Made by a program: the position numbers and the translations under genes. This document shows, piece after piece, positions 55,856 through 64,000 of a DNA stretch of 64,000 nt. Origin of the DNA: Planctomycetota bacterium. Its GTDB lineage: Bacteria; Planctomycetota; UBA8742; UBA2392. The stretch's first letter is position 1. Every line of letters starts with the position of its first letter. The DNA lies in NCBI GenBank assembly GCA_019636215.1, contig JAHBXZ010000015.1, positions 11,540-75,539 of the forward strand. The letters run 5' to 3'. Under the pieces are notes generated by a model, which was not told the DNA's origin, did not search any database, and worked only from the letters and a program-made list of their open reading frames with translations.

Positions 55856-58792
55856 GTGAACACGCGAACTGCCCTGCTTGGCTTGCTTGTGCTGCTTACC
55901 GCCGCGCCATTGTGCGCGCAGACCGCGATCACCGAAAAACCGCGCAATTACCTGGTAATCCAGGCCGATGGCGCCAACCGCGAATGGGAAGTGCGCCCGG
56001 TGCGCTTTTCCGACAAAGGCGGCAGTACGCTGCTGGGCGCCAGCGAAGGCGAGTTCCAGCTCAAGATCGACCGCTGGGAACGCACCGGCCTTGCGCGCCG
56101 TTACGTGACCAAACCCTGGAAGGACGCTTTTGCGCGCTATGGTGCGCCCGCCAGCCCGCCGGACGCGCGGTTTTATTTTTACGCCATCAACCCGCGCCAG
56201 CCGCTGGCCGAAGGCAAGCTTACGGTGGTGGACGCCAAGCGCCGGCTGTACTGGGTGCCGCTGGCCGGTGTGCGCGTGATCGGATACCCGCAGACCTGGG
56301 TCGATGTATGGGAGGGTTACGTCAACCAGTTCCAGGGCGAGCAGCGCCAGCAGGCCGTCAAGGAATGGGAAACCGCAAGGCGCGACCTGATTCGCAACGA
56401 CCCCAACGTGGCCGGCGGCTTCACGCCCGAAGAACGCAACGAGTTCGCGCGCTTTTACCAGCAGCAGTTTGTCTACATCCGCGACCGCAGCCCGCTGCTG
56501 CCCGGCATTTACGACGAGCTGGCGGCGTTCTTCAAGGAACGCGGCAACCTGGACGCCGAGCTTTCGACCTACCTCGACGCGCTGCGCGCCCGTGACCAGT
56601 CCGGCGCGACCATCCCAAGCCCCGACCGCGAGCGTTTCCGCCTGGCCGTCGGGCGCATACTGGTCGAGCGCCTGCAGCTTTACTTCGATGCCCGCGAACA
56701 CCTGGCGGCCGCGCGCAACTTTGCAGAGTCGCGCTATCTGCTGGCGCTGTGCCACCTGCGCCTTGGCGACACCGAAAAGGCCCGCGAGGAACTGGCCGCG
56801 CTGGTCACCCTGCTGCAGACCCCGCCGCCCGAAGGCGCGCTGATTTCCGACCTGTCCCCCGAGGAAGAACTCGGGCGCGCCAACCTGCTGCTGGGCGAAG
56901 TCGAACTTGGGCTGGGCAACTTCGGCGCGGCCAACTCCGCACTGGACCGTGTGCCGCCGGCCAGCCGCTTTTTCCAGGATTCACGGCTGATGTTCGCGGC
57001 CATGCTGCTGTACCGCAACGAGCGCGGCGCAACCGCCGGCGACCACGATACCCAGAAGGTACGCGACACCCTCAAGGCCCTGCCGCTGTGGGCCGAGGCC
57101 CAGGCCTTTTTCAACCCCAAGCCCGACACCGTGTTTCCGCTGCGGCCCGACATCGCCCGCGCGCTGGTTCTGCACGTGCAGGCCGATGACGCCCTGCGCA
57201 ACCCGGCCACGGTGGCCCAGCGCCCGGCACCTGACCTGCTGCGGTACCTGGCGTCGGCCAAGGCGCTGGACCCGCTTTCGGCAGACCCGTACTACGCCGA
57301 GGGTCGCCTGTACCAGCACTTCGGCATGTTCCGCGAGGCCATGGCCGCCTTCACCGCGGGGCTTGATGTAAACCCCCGCGACGTGCTGTGCAACTACCGC
57401 GTGGCCGACCTGAACTTCAAGGCCGGCGTGTTTTCGGCGGCCAAGGATTACCTTTCGCGCTGCCTGAAAGTCAGCCCGAACTTTTACCCGGCGCTGACCC
57501 GGCTGGGCGAAATCTCGGTGCTGGAGATTGAGGGCATCCGCGACGCGCTGGCGATCAAAATCCAGGGCGGCGAAAAGGTGGATTACGCCGGCGAACTGGT
57601 TCCGCCGATGAAAGAGGCCGCGGCCTTCTGGTCGGCCAGCCTGGGTATTTATGCCAACCAGCCCGCGACGCAGCTTTCGCTGGCCACGCTGTACCTGCAG
57701 CTGGCGGAACTTGCGCCGCTGGCCATTGCCGACCGCGCCGATGCCATGGAGGTCAAGCGCGCGTACCTGACCAAGGCCCGCGAACTCAGCTTCGCGCTGG
57801 TGCTGGCCGCACGCGAGTACGCCCGCACCGCAAAGTCCCGCAGCCCCGACCCGCGCCAGCGCGCCGAGGCCCCCAGCCTTGCGGCCTTCAACGCCTGGGC
57901 GTTTTCGATGTACGCGCTGGGCGACTACGCGGCCGCCAAGGCGGCGTTTGAGGAACACCTGGAGGCCTCCAAGGTGTCCGAGTTCTTCCCGGACACGCAA
58001 AGCCGGGGCGCCTACCAGTCATCGTCGGCGCTGGCCTATGCCGCCACATGGCTGCAGCGCATCAATGAAAACGACCGCCGCTACTTTGAAATCATTGAGT
58101 TCAAGAAAGACAGCACCGCGGATTACTTCGGCGAATGGGTGCCGCGCATGAAGCCCAAGCCCGACAGCGGCTTTTCGGGCGCCACGACCATCCGCTCGGG
58201 CATTCTGAACCTGGGTGTGAACCAGGCCGAAACCGGCGTGATCTCGCGGCTGGAGGTCGAAAAACCCCATACCACGCTGGCGGTGTTCGAGGCCGAGTTC
58301 GTGCGCACCGGCGACGCCTACATGAACCGCGGCATTGAACTGACCAAGTGCAGCGCTGCGGCAACCGGGGAATCCCAGCCGGTGGCGTCGGTGCTGCTGG
58401 GCGTGGACACCGAGGGCCGGGTGTACTACGAGACGCGGCGCTTCCGGCTTGATAACGCCGCCAAGCCTGAAGAACAGAAGGATTACGCGCTGATCGACGT
58501 GCGCAGCTACGGCGGCATTCCCCTGAACAAGGATGAGAAGCTGACATTGGCCCTTCGCCGCCAGCTTTCGACGGACCTCAGCGCGATTGAATACTGGGCC
58601 GTGATCAACGGCTATGAGGTCAAGCTGAACGTGACGATCGGCGACCTGACCAGCCAGGACGTCAAGCAAAGCCAGTTCAAGCAGCGCTGCGCGTTCTTTG
58701 CCCAGGCGGTGGCGGGCGTAAAGGCCACCGTGCAGGTGCGGCGCGTGCGCTTCATCTATGACAGCGGCCTGGGCGGAAAGGCCGGTAACTGA
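55856..58792 (+). CDS. Secreted 978-aa TPR protein with a C-terminal beta-sandwich (lectin/jelly-roll-like) domain
   Basis: Signal peptide ALLGLLVLLTAAPLCAQ, multiple TPR units (YLLALCHLRLGDTEKAREEL, YYAEGRLYQHFGMFREAMAAF...), and a beta-rich last ~270 aa. Confidence 0.8.
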   Translation: MNTRTALLGLLVLLTAAPLCAQTAITEKPRNYLVIQADGANREWEVRPVRFSDKGGSTLLGASEGEFQLKIDRWERTGLARRYVTKPWKDAFARYGAPASPPDARFYFYAINPRQPLAEGKLTVVDAKRRLYWVPLAGVRVIGYPQTWVDVWEGYVNQFQGEQRQQAVKEWETARRDLIRNDPNVAGGFTPEERNEFARFYQQQFVYIRDRSPLLPGIYDELAAFFKERGNLDAELSTYLDALRARDQSGATIPSPDRERFRLAVGRILVERLQLYFDAREHLAAARNFAESRYLLALCHLRLGDTEKAREELAALVTLLQTPPPEGALISDLSPEEELGRANLLLGEVELGLGNFGAANSALDRVPPASRFFQDSRLMFAAMLLYRNERGATAGDHDTQKVRDTLKALPLWAEAQAFFNPKPDTVFPLRPDIARALVLHVQADDALRNPATVAQRPAPDLLRYLASAKALDPLSADPYYAEGRLYQHFGMFREAMAAFTAGLDVNPRDVLCNYRVADLNFKAGVFSAAKDYLSRCLKVSPNFYPALTRLGEISVLEIEGIRDALAIKIQGGEKVDYAGELVPPMKEAAAFWSASLGIYANQPATQLSLATLYLQLAELAPLAIADRADAMEVKRAYLTKARELSFALVLAAREYARTAKSRSPDPRQRAEAPSLAAFNAWAFSMYALGDYAAAKAAFEEHLEASKVSEFFPDTQSRGAYQSSSALAYAATWLQRINENDRRYFEIIEFKKDSTADYFGEWVPRMKPKPDSGFSGATTIRSGILNLGVNQAETGVISRLEVEKPHTTLAVFEAEFVRTGDAYMNRGIELTKCSAAATGESQPVASVLLGVDTEGRVYYETRRFRLDNAAKPEEQKDYALIDVRSYGGIPLNKDEKLTLALRRQLSTDLSAIEYWAVINGYEVKLNVTIGDLTSQDVKQSQFKQRCAFFAQAVAGVKATVQVRRVRFIYDSGLGGKAGN

Positions 58793-59496
58793 TGGCGCGC
58801 CGGGGTTCACGCGGCTTCACGCTGATCGAACTGATGATCGTCATCGGCATCATCCTGCTGCTTGTGGGTGTGCTGGTGGTCAGCTTCGGCGGTGTGTTCG
58901 CCAAGCGCGACAACGCCCGCGCCACGGCCACGATTGAAACCCTTAAGGCCAACATCGCGTCCTTTGAAAGCCGCTGGGGCCAGGCCCCGCCGGGCAGCCT
59001 GCGCGAACTGGGCGACCTGACCCGCACCCTGAACCTGCTGGAAGTCAACGACACCAACCGGGGCAATGAGGCCCTGGTGCTGGCCCTGCGTTCGCGCCGC
59101 GAGGGCGGGCCGTACCTGGACCAGAACCTGTTCGGCGATGCCTCGCGCATGGGCAACCTGGACAACGACACCTTTCTGGCCGACGCGATTGCATCCAGTG
59201 CGCTGGACTTGCCCGACACCGCCAGCACGGACCTGTTTGAAGTGCTGGACCCCTGGGGCAACCCGTTCATTTACGTCAACATCATCGACGTTCGCGCGGG
59301 TACCGTGGCCGACAAGATCACACTGATCGACGGCAGCGTCATTGAAATCACCGCCCAGGATTGCCAGGAAAAGCTGCGCCACCCTGTCACCGGCGATTAC
59401 CCGCAGGGCTTTGCCCTGTGGAGCGTGGGCGAAAACGGCATCAACGAATACGGCCGCGGCGACGACATCACCAGCTGGCCGAAGTACGAAAGCTAG
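58792..59496 (+). CDS. Type II secretion / type IV pilus pseudopilin (prepilin-type N-terminal methylation domain)
   Basis: RG|FTLIELMIVIGIILLLVGVLV. The start overlaps the upstream stop (TGATG). Confidence 0.88.
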   Translation: MARRGSRGFTLIELMIVIGIILLLVGVLVVSFGGVFAKRDNARATATIETLKANIASFESRWGQAPPGSLRELGDLTRTLNLLEVNDTNRGNEALVLALRSRREGGPYLDQNLFGDASRMGNLDNDTFLADAIASSALDLPDTASTDLFEVLDPWGNPFIYVNIIDVRAGTVADKITLIDGSVIEITAQDCQEKLRHPVTGDYPQGFALWSVGENGINEYGRGDDITSWPKYES

Positions 59497-59545
59497 CCCC
59501 GGTCACCGGCAGCACGGGTACTCCACATTGCGCGCGGGGCGCTGC

Positions 59546-59575
59546 TGCAAACGAACTGTGAAAATGCTCTATACT
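59546..59575 (+). promoter_or_regulatory. Sigma70-like promoter candidate for the heparinase-like gene
   Basis: TGCAAA (59546-59551), 18-nt spacer, TATACT (59570-59575), 25 nt before ATG 59601. Confidence 0.3.
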
Positions 59576-59600
59576 GGTGCCGCCTGTCCCGGAGCCGCCT

Positions 59601-61640
59601 ATGCACCGCCTGCTGATCCCGCTGGCCTTGCTTGTCTGGCTTGGTTTTGCCCCGGCCTCGGCCCAGCGCCAGAAGCTGAAAGACCCCGAGATCCCCAAAC
59701 CCGCGCCCGCCGTCAAATCCGGCGCCTGGGCCGAAGTGCTCAAGGCCAGTCAGCCCCGCACACTGGGGCCGGTGGCCTGGCTCAAGCAACGGGCCAGGGA
59801 TTACCCCGAGCTTTACAAGCGCGTCCAGGGCTGCGCCGGCGATACCCTGCAGGCCGCGGGCATCGTCGCGGCCGTGGAGGGGCTCACGCCGGATCGGGTC
59901 AAGCCGTTTCTCGACCAGGCCCGGGCCGATGCCAAACGCGGCGCGACCAACGTGCACCAGGACACCTGGGTCTGGATGCAGCGCGTGGCCCTGTGCTTTG
60001 ACTACTTTCGCGACCACCTGACCGACGACGACCGCAAGCAGTTCATCCAGTTTCTCAACGCCAACTTCGACAGCTTCACCGACGACGAAAACGCCTTTCA
60101 CAACAGCACGATGACCAAGATCCTGGTCTATCTGCAGATCGCCTACGCCACATGGACGGAAAACCCCCGGGCCAAGGAGTTCCGCGACAAGGCCCTTTCT
60201 TTTCTTTATGAACAGCGCGTGCTGCCGGTACTGATGGAGTTCGGGCGCGGCGGCGGCGGAACGGAATGCGGCTGGTACCTCAAGGGTGCGCTGTGGGCCC
60301 TGTGCCAGGGGCTGGAGCTGGCCCGGCGCGTGGAGGGCTATGAGGGCATGGCCAAGGCCGAGCGTTTTTTCTACCAGCGCCTGGCCTATGAGCTGTTCCA
60401 GTGCTACCCGGGCAAACACAAGGACTGGTACGGCGCCGAACGCTACCCGCTGGAGGGCGACGCCGCAGCCATGTACGGCGGCCACAACGAGTTCCCGATG
60501 AACACGCGGGTGCTGCTGGCGGCGCACTTTCGGGGCAGCGAACTGGCCCGCGCTTGTGCCAACTTCCGGCGCCGGGGCGGCAACGCCCAGTCGGACGTGC
60601 AGCTGTTCCTGTGGGACGACAAGCCCGACGACCCGCTGCCGCTGGCACAGCTTCCGCTGGCCCATGCCGCGCTGGGCATCGGCAAAGTGTTTGCCCGCAG
60701 CAGCTGGGCCGACGACGCCACGTGGTTCCGGTTTGAGTGCAGCGACTATTACTGCGCGCACCAGCACTTTGACGCCGGCAACTTTGAGATCTTCCGGCAC
60801 GAATCGCTGGCCACGGAAAGCGGCGAGTACCACGACTGGGGTTCAGGCCACGCCATGAATTGGCTGGTGCGCACGATTGCCCACAACTGTGTGCTGGTAC
60901 ACGACCCCGCCGAAACCTGGAAGCAGATGCGCGATGGCGGCCGGGTGCTCTACGCCAACGACGGCGGCCAGGCCAAGAAATGGCAGTGGCCGGTGGCGGA
61001 CCTCGAAACCTGGAAGAAGCGGCAATCGGAGTTCGAACGCGGCGACATTGTCGCCTATGCCAACACCGATGCGGCGTTGTTCGTGGCCGCCGACGTGACG
61101 GCCGCCTACTCGCCCGCCAAGCTGAAACTGTGGACGCGCCAGATTGTCTTCCTGCGCCCCGGGCTGTTCGTGATTCTTGACCACGTCGAAAGCACCCAGC
61201 CCGAGTTTGCCAAGACCTGGCTGATCCATTGCCGCAACGAACCCCAGCTGAAGGGCAACCTGTTCACCATCAAGGATGGCGCCGGTGAACTGCACGGCCA
61301 GTGCCTGCTGCCCGCCGACGCGAAGCTGGCAAGCGTGAACGGTTACACTTACGGCGGCCAGACCTTCGACCCACCGCAAAGCGGGCACAGCCAGTTTGCC
61401 TGCAAGTGGCGCCTGGAAACCACGCCCGGCAAGGCAGCCGCCGGCGACGTGTTCCTGCACGTGCTGTCCACCGATGGCCCCGTGGACGCCGAACTCAAGG
61501 ACGCCGGGGGCAGGCTGACGGTAAAGGTCAGCAAACCTGTGCGCGCCGAGATCACCTTTGCCCAAGACATCGGCGCCACCGTCAAGGCCGGCAAGATCAC
61601 CGAATTCAAGCGCGAGATCGTCGCCGGCAAGTTCGAGTAG
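59601..61640 (+). CDS. Heparinase II/III-like family protein (secreted)
   Basis: Signal peptide MHRLLIPLALLVWLGFAPASAQ. YYCAHQHFDAGNFEIFRHESLATESG is typical of the heparinase II/III C-terminal domain. Confidence 0.82.
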   Translation: MHRLLIPLALLVWLGFAPASAQRQKLKDPEIPKPAPAVKSGAWAEVLKASQPRTLGPVAWLKQRARDYPELYKRVQGCAGDTLQAAGIVAAVEGLTPDRVKPFLDQARADAKRGATNVHQDTWVWMQRVALCFDYFRDHLTDDDRKQFIQFLNANFDSFTDDENAFHNSTMTKILVYLQIAYATWTENPRAKEFRDKALSFLYEQRVLPVLMEFGRGGGGTECGWYLKGALWALCQGLELARRVEGYEGMAKAERFFYQRLAYELFQCYPGKHKDWYGAERYPLEGDAAAMYGGHNEFPMNTRVLLAAHFRGSELARACANFRRRGGNAQSDVQLFLWDDKPDDPLPLAQLPLAHAALGIGKVFARSSWADDATWFRFECSDYYCAHQHFDAGNFEIFRHESLATESGEYHDWGSGHAMNWLVRTIAHNCVLVHDPAETWKQMRDGGRVLYANDGGQAKKWQWPVADLETWKKRQSEFERGDIVAYANTDAALFVAADVTAAYSPAKLKLWTRQIVFLRPGLFVILDHVESTQPEFAKTWLIHCRNEPQLKGNLFTIKDGAGELHGQCLLPADAKLASVNGYTYGGQTFDPPQSGHSQFACKWRLETTPGKAAAGDVFLHVLSTDGPVDAELKDAGGRLTVKVSKPVRAEITFAQDIGATVKAGKITEFKREIVAGKFE

Positions 61641-61695
61641 CGCTTGTGCCGGCCATGCTGCCTTGTCAACCTGTACGCCCCATTTCGGAGAACCC

Positions 61696-62286
61696 ATGAA
61701 CAACCGCATACGCACCGCTTTGCTGGCCGTCGTCACGCTGGCGCTGGTCGGCATCGTCCCGGCCTCGTCGCAGGAACAGAAGCCCGAAAAACCCTCGCTG
61801 CTTGGGCCGGCCCACAAGCTGCTGGGCAGCCTGGTGGGCGACTTTGACACCGACACACGCATGTGGATGAAGCCCGATGCCGAGCCCGTGGCCAGCAAAA
61901 GCAGCGTCAAGCGCGTGGCCCTGCTGGATGGCCTGTTCCTGCGTGAAAACTATGAGGTCAAGGACGGCCCCTATGCCCACAAGGGCGAAATCAACTGGGG
62001 CTACAACAGCGCCACCGGCAAAGCCCAGTACGTGCAGCTGGTCTCAAGCTCTCCGGCCATGAACATCTATGAAGGCGAGTTCGACGAAAAAGCCGGGGCA
62101 TTCACCGTGCGCTCGGCCTACAAGATGACCTGGGGCGGGACTGAGTACGACGTGAAGACCCGCATCCTGCTGACAGTGGAAAGCGCCGACAAACAGAAGC
62201 TGGAGATCTTCAGCGCCTATGAGCACAAGGACGGCAAGATCCCTGAGTACCGCGAGATCGAGGTTACGTACACCCGCAAGAAATAG
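61696..62286 (+). CDS. DUF1579-like secreted protein
   Basis: Signal peptide, then LVGDFDTDTRMWMKPDAEP...LDGLFLRENYEV...GEINWGYNSATGKAQYVQLVSSSPAMNIYEG pattern. ATG at 61696 (ORF track 61558). Confidence 0.65.
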   Translation: MNNRIRTALLAVVTLALVGIVPASSQEQKPEKPSLLGPAHKLLGSLVGDFDTDTRMWMKPDAEPVASKSSVKRVALLDGLFLRENYEVKDGPYAHKGEINWGYNSATGKAQYVQLVSSSPAMNIYEGEFDEKAGAFTVRSAYKMTWGGTEYDVKTRILLTVESADKQKLEIFSAYEHKDGKIPEYREIEVTYTRKK

Positions 62287-62303
62287 TGCATCACGGGTTG
62301 TTG

Positions 62304-62329
62304 CAACGCCCCCGCAAGCGGGGGCGTTG
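62304..62329. terminator. Hairpin between convergent genes
   Basis: CAACGCCCCC-GCAAGC-GGGGGCGTTG. Confidence 0.5.
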
Positions 62330-62346
62330 TGCGTTCATGCGGGCGT

Positions 62347-62652
62347 TTATGCCAGCCGCAGCTCATTGCTGTCGTCGGGCGGGGGTTCGGGTTTTCGCGG
62401 CGCGGGCGGCTTTTCTTCGCGCATGGGCATGGTGACGTCCGGGTCGAACTGTTCCAGCGGCTTGGGCGGCTTGCGCGATTCGCTTTCTTCACCCACCAGC
62501 TCGGCCGCCGAAAGGTACTTGCCGGTGGACAGGTCCAGCAGCCGGGCGCTCAGGGGTATCTGCGCGCTGGTGATGGCCTTGATGACAGAGCTTTTCTGGT
62601 ACGGGCCCTTCAGCCCGCCCTTGGTAAGCACCTTGTAACCCGGTATCGGCAC
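62347..62652 (-). CDS. Small protein, GYF_2/DUF4339-like N-terminal domain plus Pro-rich tail (tandem paralogue 1)
   Basis: MPIPGYKVLTKGGLKGPYQKSSVIKAITSAQIPLSARLLDLSTGKYLSAAELVGE... Confidence 0.6.
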   Translation of the reverse strand: MPIPGYKVLTKGGLKGPYQKSSVIKAITSAQIPLSARLLDLSTGKYLSAAELVGEESESRKPPKPLEQFDPDVTMPMREEKPPAPRKPEPPPDDSNELRLA

Positions 62653-62736
62653 GGCGTTCCTCGCAGGCCGGCATTATACGCAAATCGGCCCGGCCGTCAG
62701 GCCGGCATCCAGCGAGCGCCGGTACAACGGGCAGGC

Positions 62737-63159
62737 TCAGGCCGCGGGGTTGTCCAGGTTGAGTTCCTGCGCGCCGTCCAGCAGCTTGCGCGGGTTGCGG
62801 CGCGCCGGCATGCGCACCTGCTTGTTGCGCAGCAGCGGGGTCTTGCCGGTCAGGAACACGCGGGGTGCTTCGCCGTTGTCGGCCTTGGGGCCGGTGGATT
62901 CAGCCAGGGTCAGTGCCGGGCCCTGGTCCTGCTGCATGGGCACGGTGACATCGGGGTCTACTTCGCGCAGCAGCTTGGGCGCGCTGCGGCGGTCGCTCTG
63001 CTCACCCACAAGTTCGGCGGCTGAGACGTACTTGCCGGTTTCAAGGTCCAGCAGCCGGGCATCCAGCGGAATCACCGCGCTGGTGATGGCCTTGATCACG
63101 CTGCATTTCAGAAAGGGACCCTTCAGGCCGTCCTTGGCAAGCACCTTGAAGCCAATCAT
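62737..63159 (-). CDS. Small protein, tandem paralogue 2 of 62347..62652
   Basis: MIGFKVLAKDGLKGPFLKCSVIKAITSAVIPLDARLLDLETGKYVSAAELVGE... is ~70% identical over the first ~55 aa. ORF track start is 63198. Confidence 0.6.
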   Translation of the reverse strand: MIGFKVLAKDGLKGPFLKCSVIKAITSAVIPLDARLLDLETGKYVSAAELVGEQSDRRSAPKLLREVDPDVTVPMQQDQGPALTLAESTGPKADNGEAPRVFLTGKTPLLRNKQVRMPARRNPRKLLDGAQELNLDNPAA

Positions 63160-63310
63160 GGGGTTCTCCGCACAGTAGACCCCCCAAGTGTACCCCACGC
63201 GCCACCCTGCGCGCAGTTTCGCGAGGCATTATTGCCAACCATGTTCGCGGATCGACAATGGGCGTTCGCGGGTTTGCAACGGCTGACTTCGGCGTACGGC
63301 GAAGGCTGGC

Positions 63311-63378
63311 TCTCGCAGAGGCGCAGAGGCGCGAAGTCCAGGCTTGGCAGTTCTCCGCGACTCCGCGCCTCTGCGAGA
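63311..63378. repeat. Long imperfect hairpin with a 14-bp perfect terminal inverted repeat
   Basis: TCTCGCAGAGGCGC (63311-63324) and GCGCCTCTGCGAGA (63365-63378). Inner arms GGCGCGAAGTC and GACTCCGCGCC pair with one mismatch. Confidence 0.8.
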
Positions 63379-63438
63379 GACGCCGTGCCATGCTGAATCA
63401 GTTGACGCGGGACACAGAACACGGCACACAGGAAGCCC

Positions 63439-64000
63439 ATGGCCAACTTCACTACACGCACCACCCGCGGCCAGCCCCTGCGCACCAAGATTGTGTGCAC
63501 GCTGGGCCCGGCCTCGCGCTCGCCCGAGGTCATTGGCGCGCTGATTGACGCCGGCCTGGGCGTGGCGCGTCTGAACATGAGCCACGGCGACCACGAAGTG
63601 CATCGCCAGACGTTTGAGACCGTGCGGCGCGTAGCATCTGAGCGCGCCCGCCAGGTCGCGATCATGTTTGACCTGAGTGGCCCCAAAATCCGCCTGCGCG
63701 AGATCGAGGGTGGCAGCTTCGTGCTGGGCGTGGGCGAAAAGATCGCCTTTGTGCGCGGCGAAGCCCTTGGCAACGCCCGCGAGCTGACCTGCAGCTATGA
63801 TCGCTTTATCGACGACGTGAACCCCGGCGAGCCGATTTTCATCAACGACGGGGCGATTCGCCTGAGTGTGCTGGAAAAATCGCCCGACCGGCTGCTCTGT
63901 GTGGCCGATGTGGGCGGCCTGGTCAGCAGCCGCAAGGGCATCAACCTGCCGGGCACGAACGTTTCAAGCCCGGCGCTGACACCCAAGGACATTGCCGACC
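63439..64000 (+). CDS. pyk: Pyruvate kinase (5' part, runs off the window)
   Basis: RTKIVCTLGPASRSPEVIGALIDAGLGVARLNMSHGDHEVHRQTFETVR...KGINLPG. The frame is open to the end of the window. Confidence 0.9.
   Translation, partial: MANFTTRTTRGQPLRTKIVCTLGPASRSPEVIGALIDAGLGVARLNMSHGDHEVHRQTFETVRRVASERARQVAIMFDLSGPKIRLREIEGGSFVLGVGEKIAFVRGEALGNARELTCSYDRFIDDVNPGEPIFINDGAIRLSVLEKSPDRLLCVADVGGLVSSRKGINLPGTNVSSPALTPKDIAD

Noticed and set aside
1-64000. tRNA and rRNA genes
   Set aside because: Visual scanning of the intergenic regions found no cloverleaf-compatible 70-90-nt segment with a GTTCRANYC T-loop, and no rRNA-like conserved blocks.

Overview
A 64 kb, roughly 65% GC bacterial chromosome segment. 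It is most likely Planctomycetota: it carries a DUF1549/DUF1553 protein with the CxxCH-like QCAQCHDHH motif, many very large TPR/HEAT/FHA proteins and prepilin-type N-termini. No rRNA, tRNA, CRISPR array, integrase or transposase was found. The backbone is housekeeping: proS, pyrE-ribF, uvrA, class II photolyase, DUF2344 plus an RNase E/G homologue, a DEDDh exonuclease, tatD and the 5' end of pyk. Around these sit lineage-specific envelope and signalling genes. Most long ORFs antisense to these genes are GC-driven shadow ORFs. Five loci deserve a second look. (1) 49.6-59.5 kb: a tightly coupled six-gene operon (double-FHA membrane protein, PilM-PilN/GspL-like fusion, PilO/GspM-like protein, a small TM protein, a 978-aa TPR plus beta-sandwich protein in the position where a secretin would sit, and a pseudopilin) with no ATPase, platform or secretin gene nearby. 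(2) 7.6-10.8 kb: a low-GC island with a minimal RHS-core polymorphic toxin that has no YD-repeat shell, an unrecognised C-terminal toxin domain, an overlapping lipoprotein-type immunity candidate and a second toxin-less copy of the N-terminal domain. (3) 25.9-27.3 kb: a low-GC orphan gene next to uvrA with a C-terminal HEPN-like Rx4H motif. (4) A signal peptide separated from an in-frame thioredoxin-fold ORF by tandem TGA TGA. (5) Several repeat structures: (GCCCCT)7, a 65-bp tandem repeat, a 30-bp in-frame duplication inside uvrA, and REP-like palindromes. All functional calls come from reading motifs in the translations; no database search was run.
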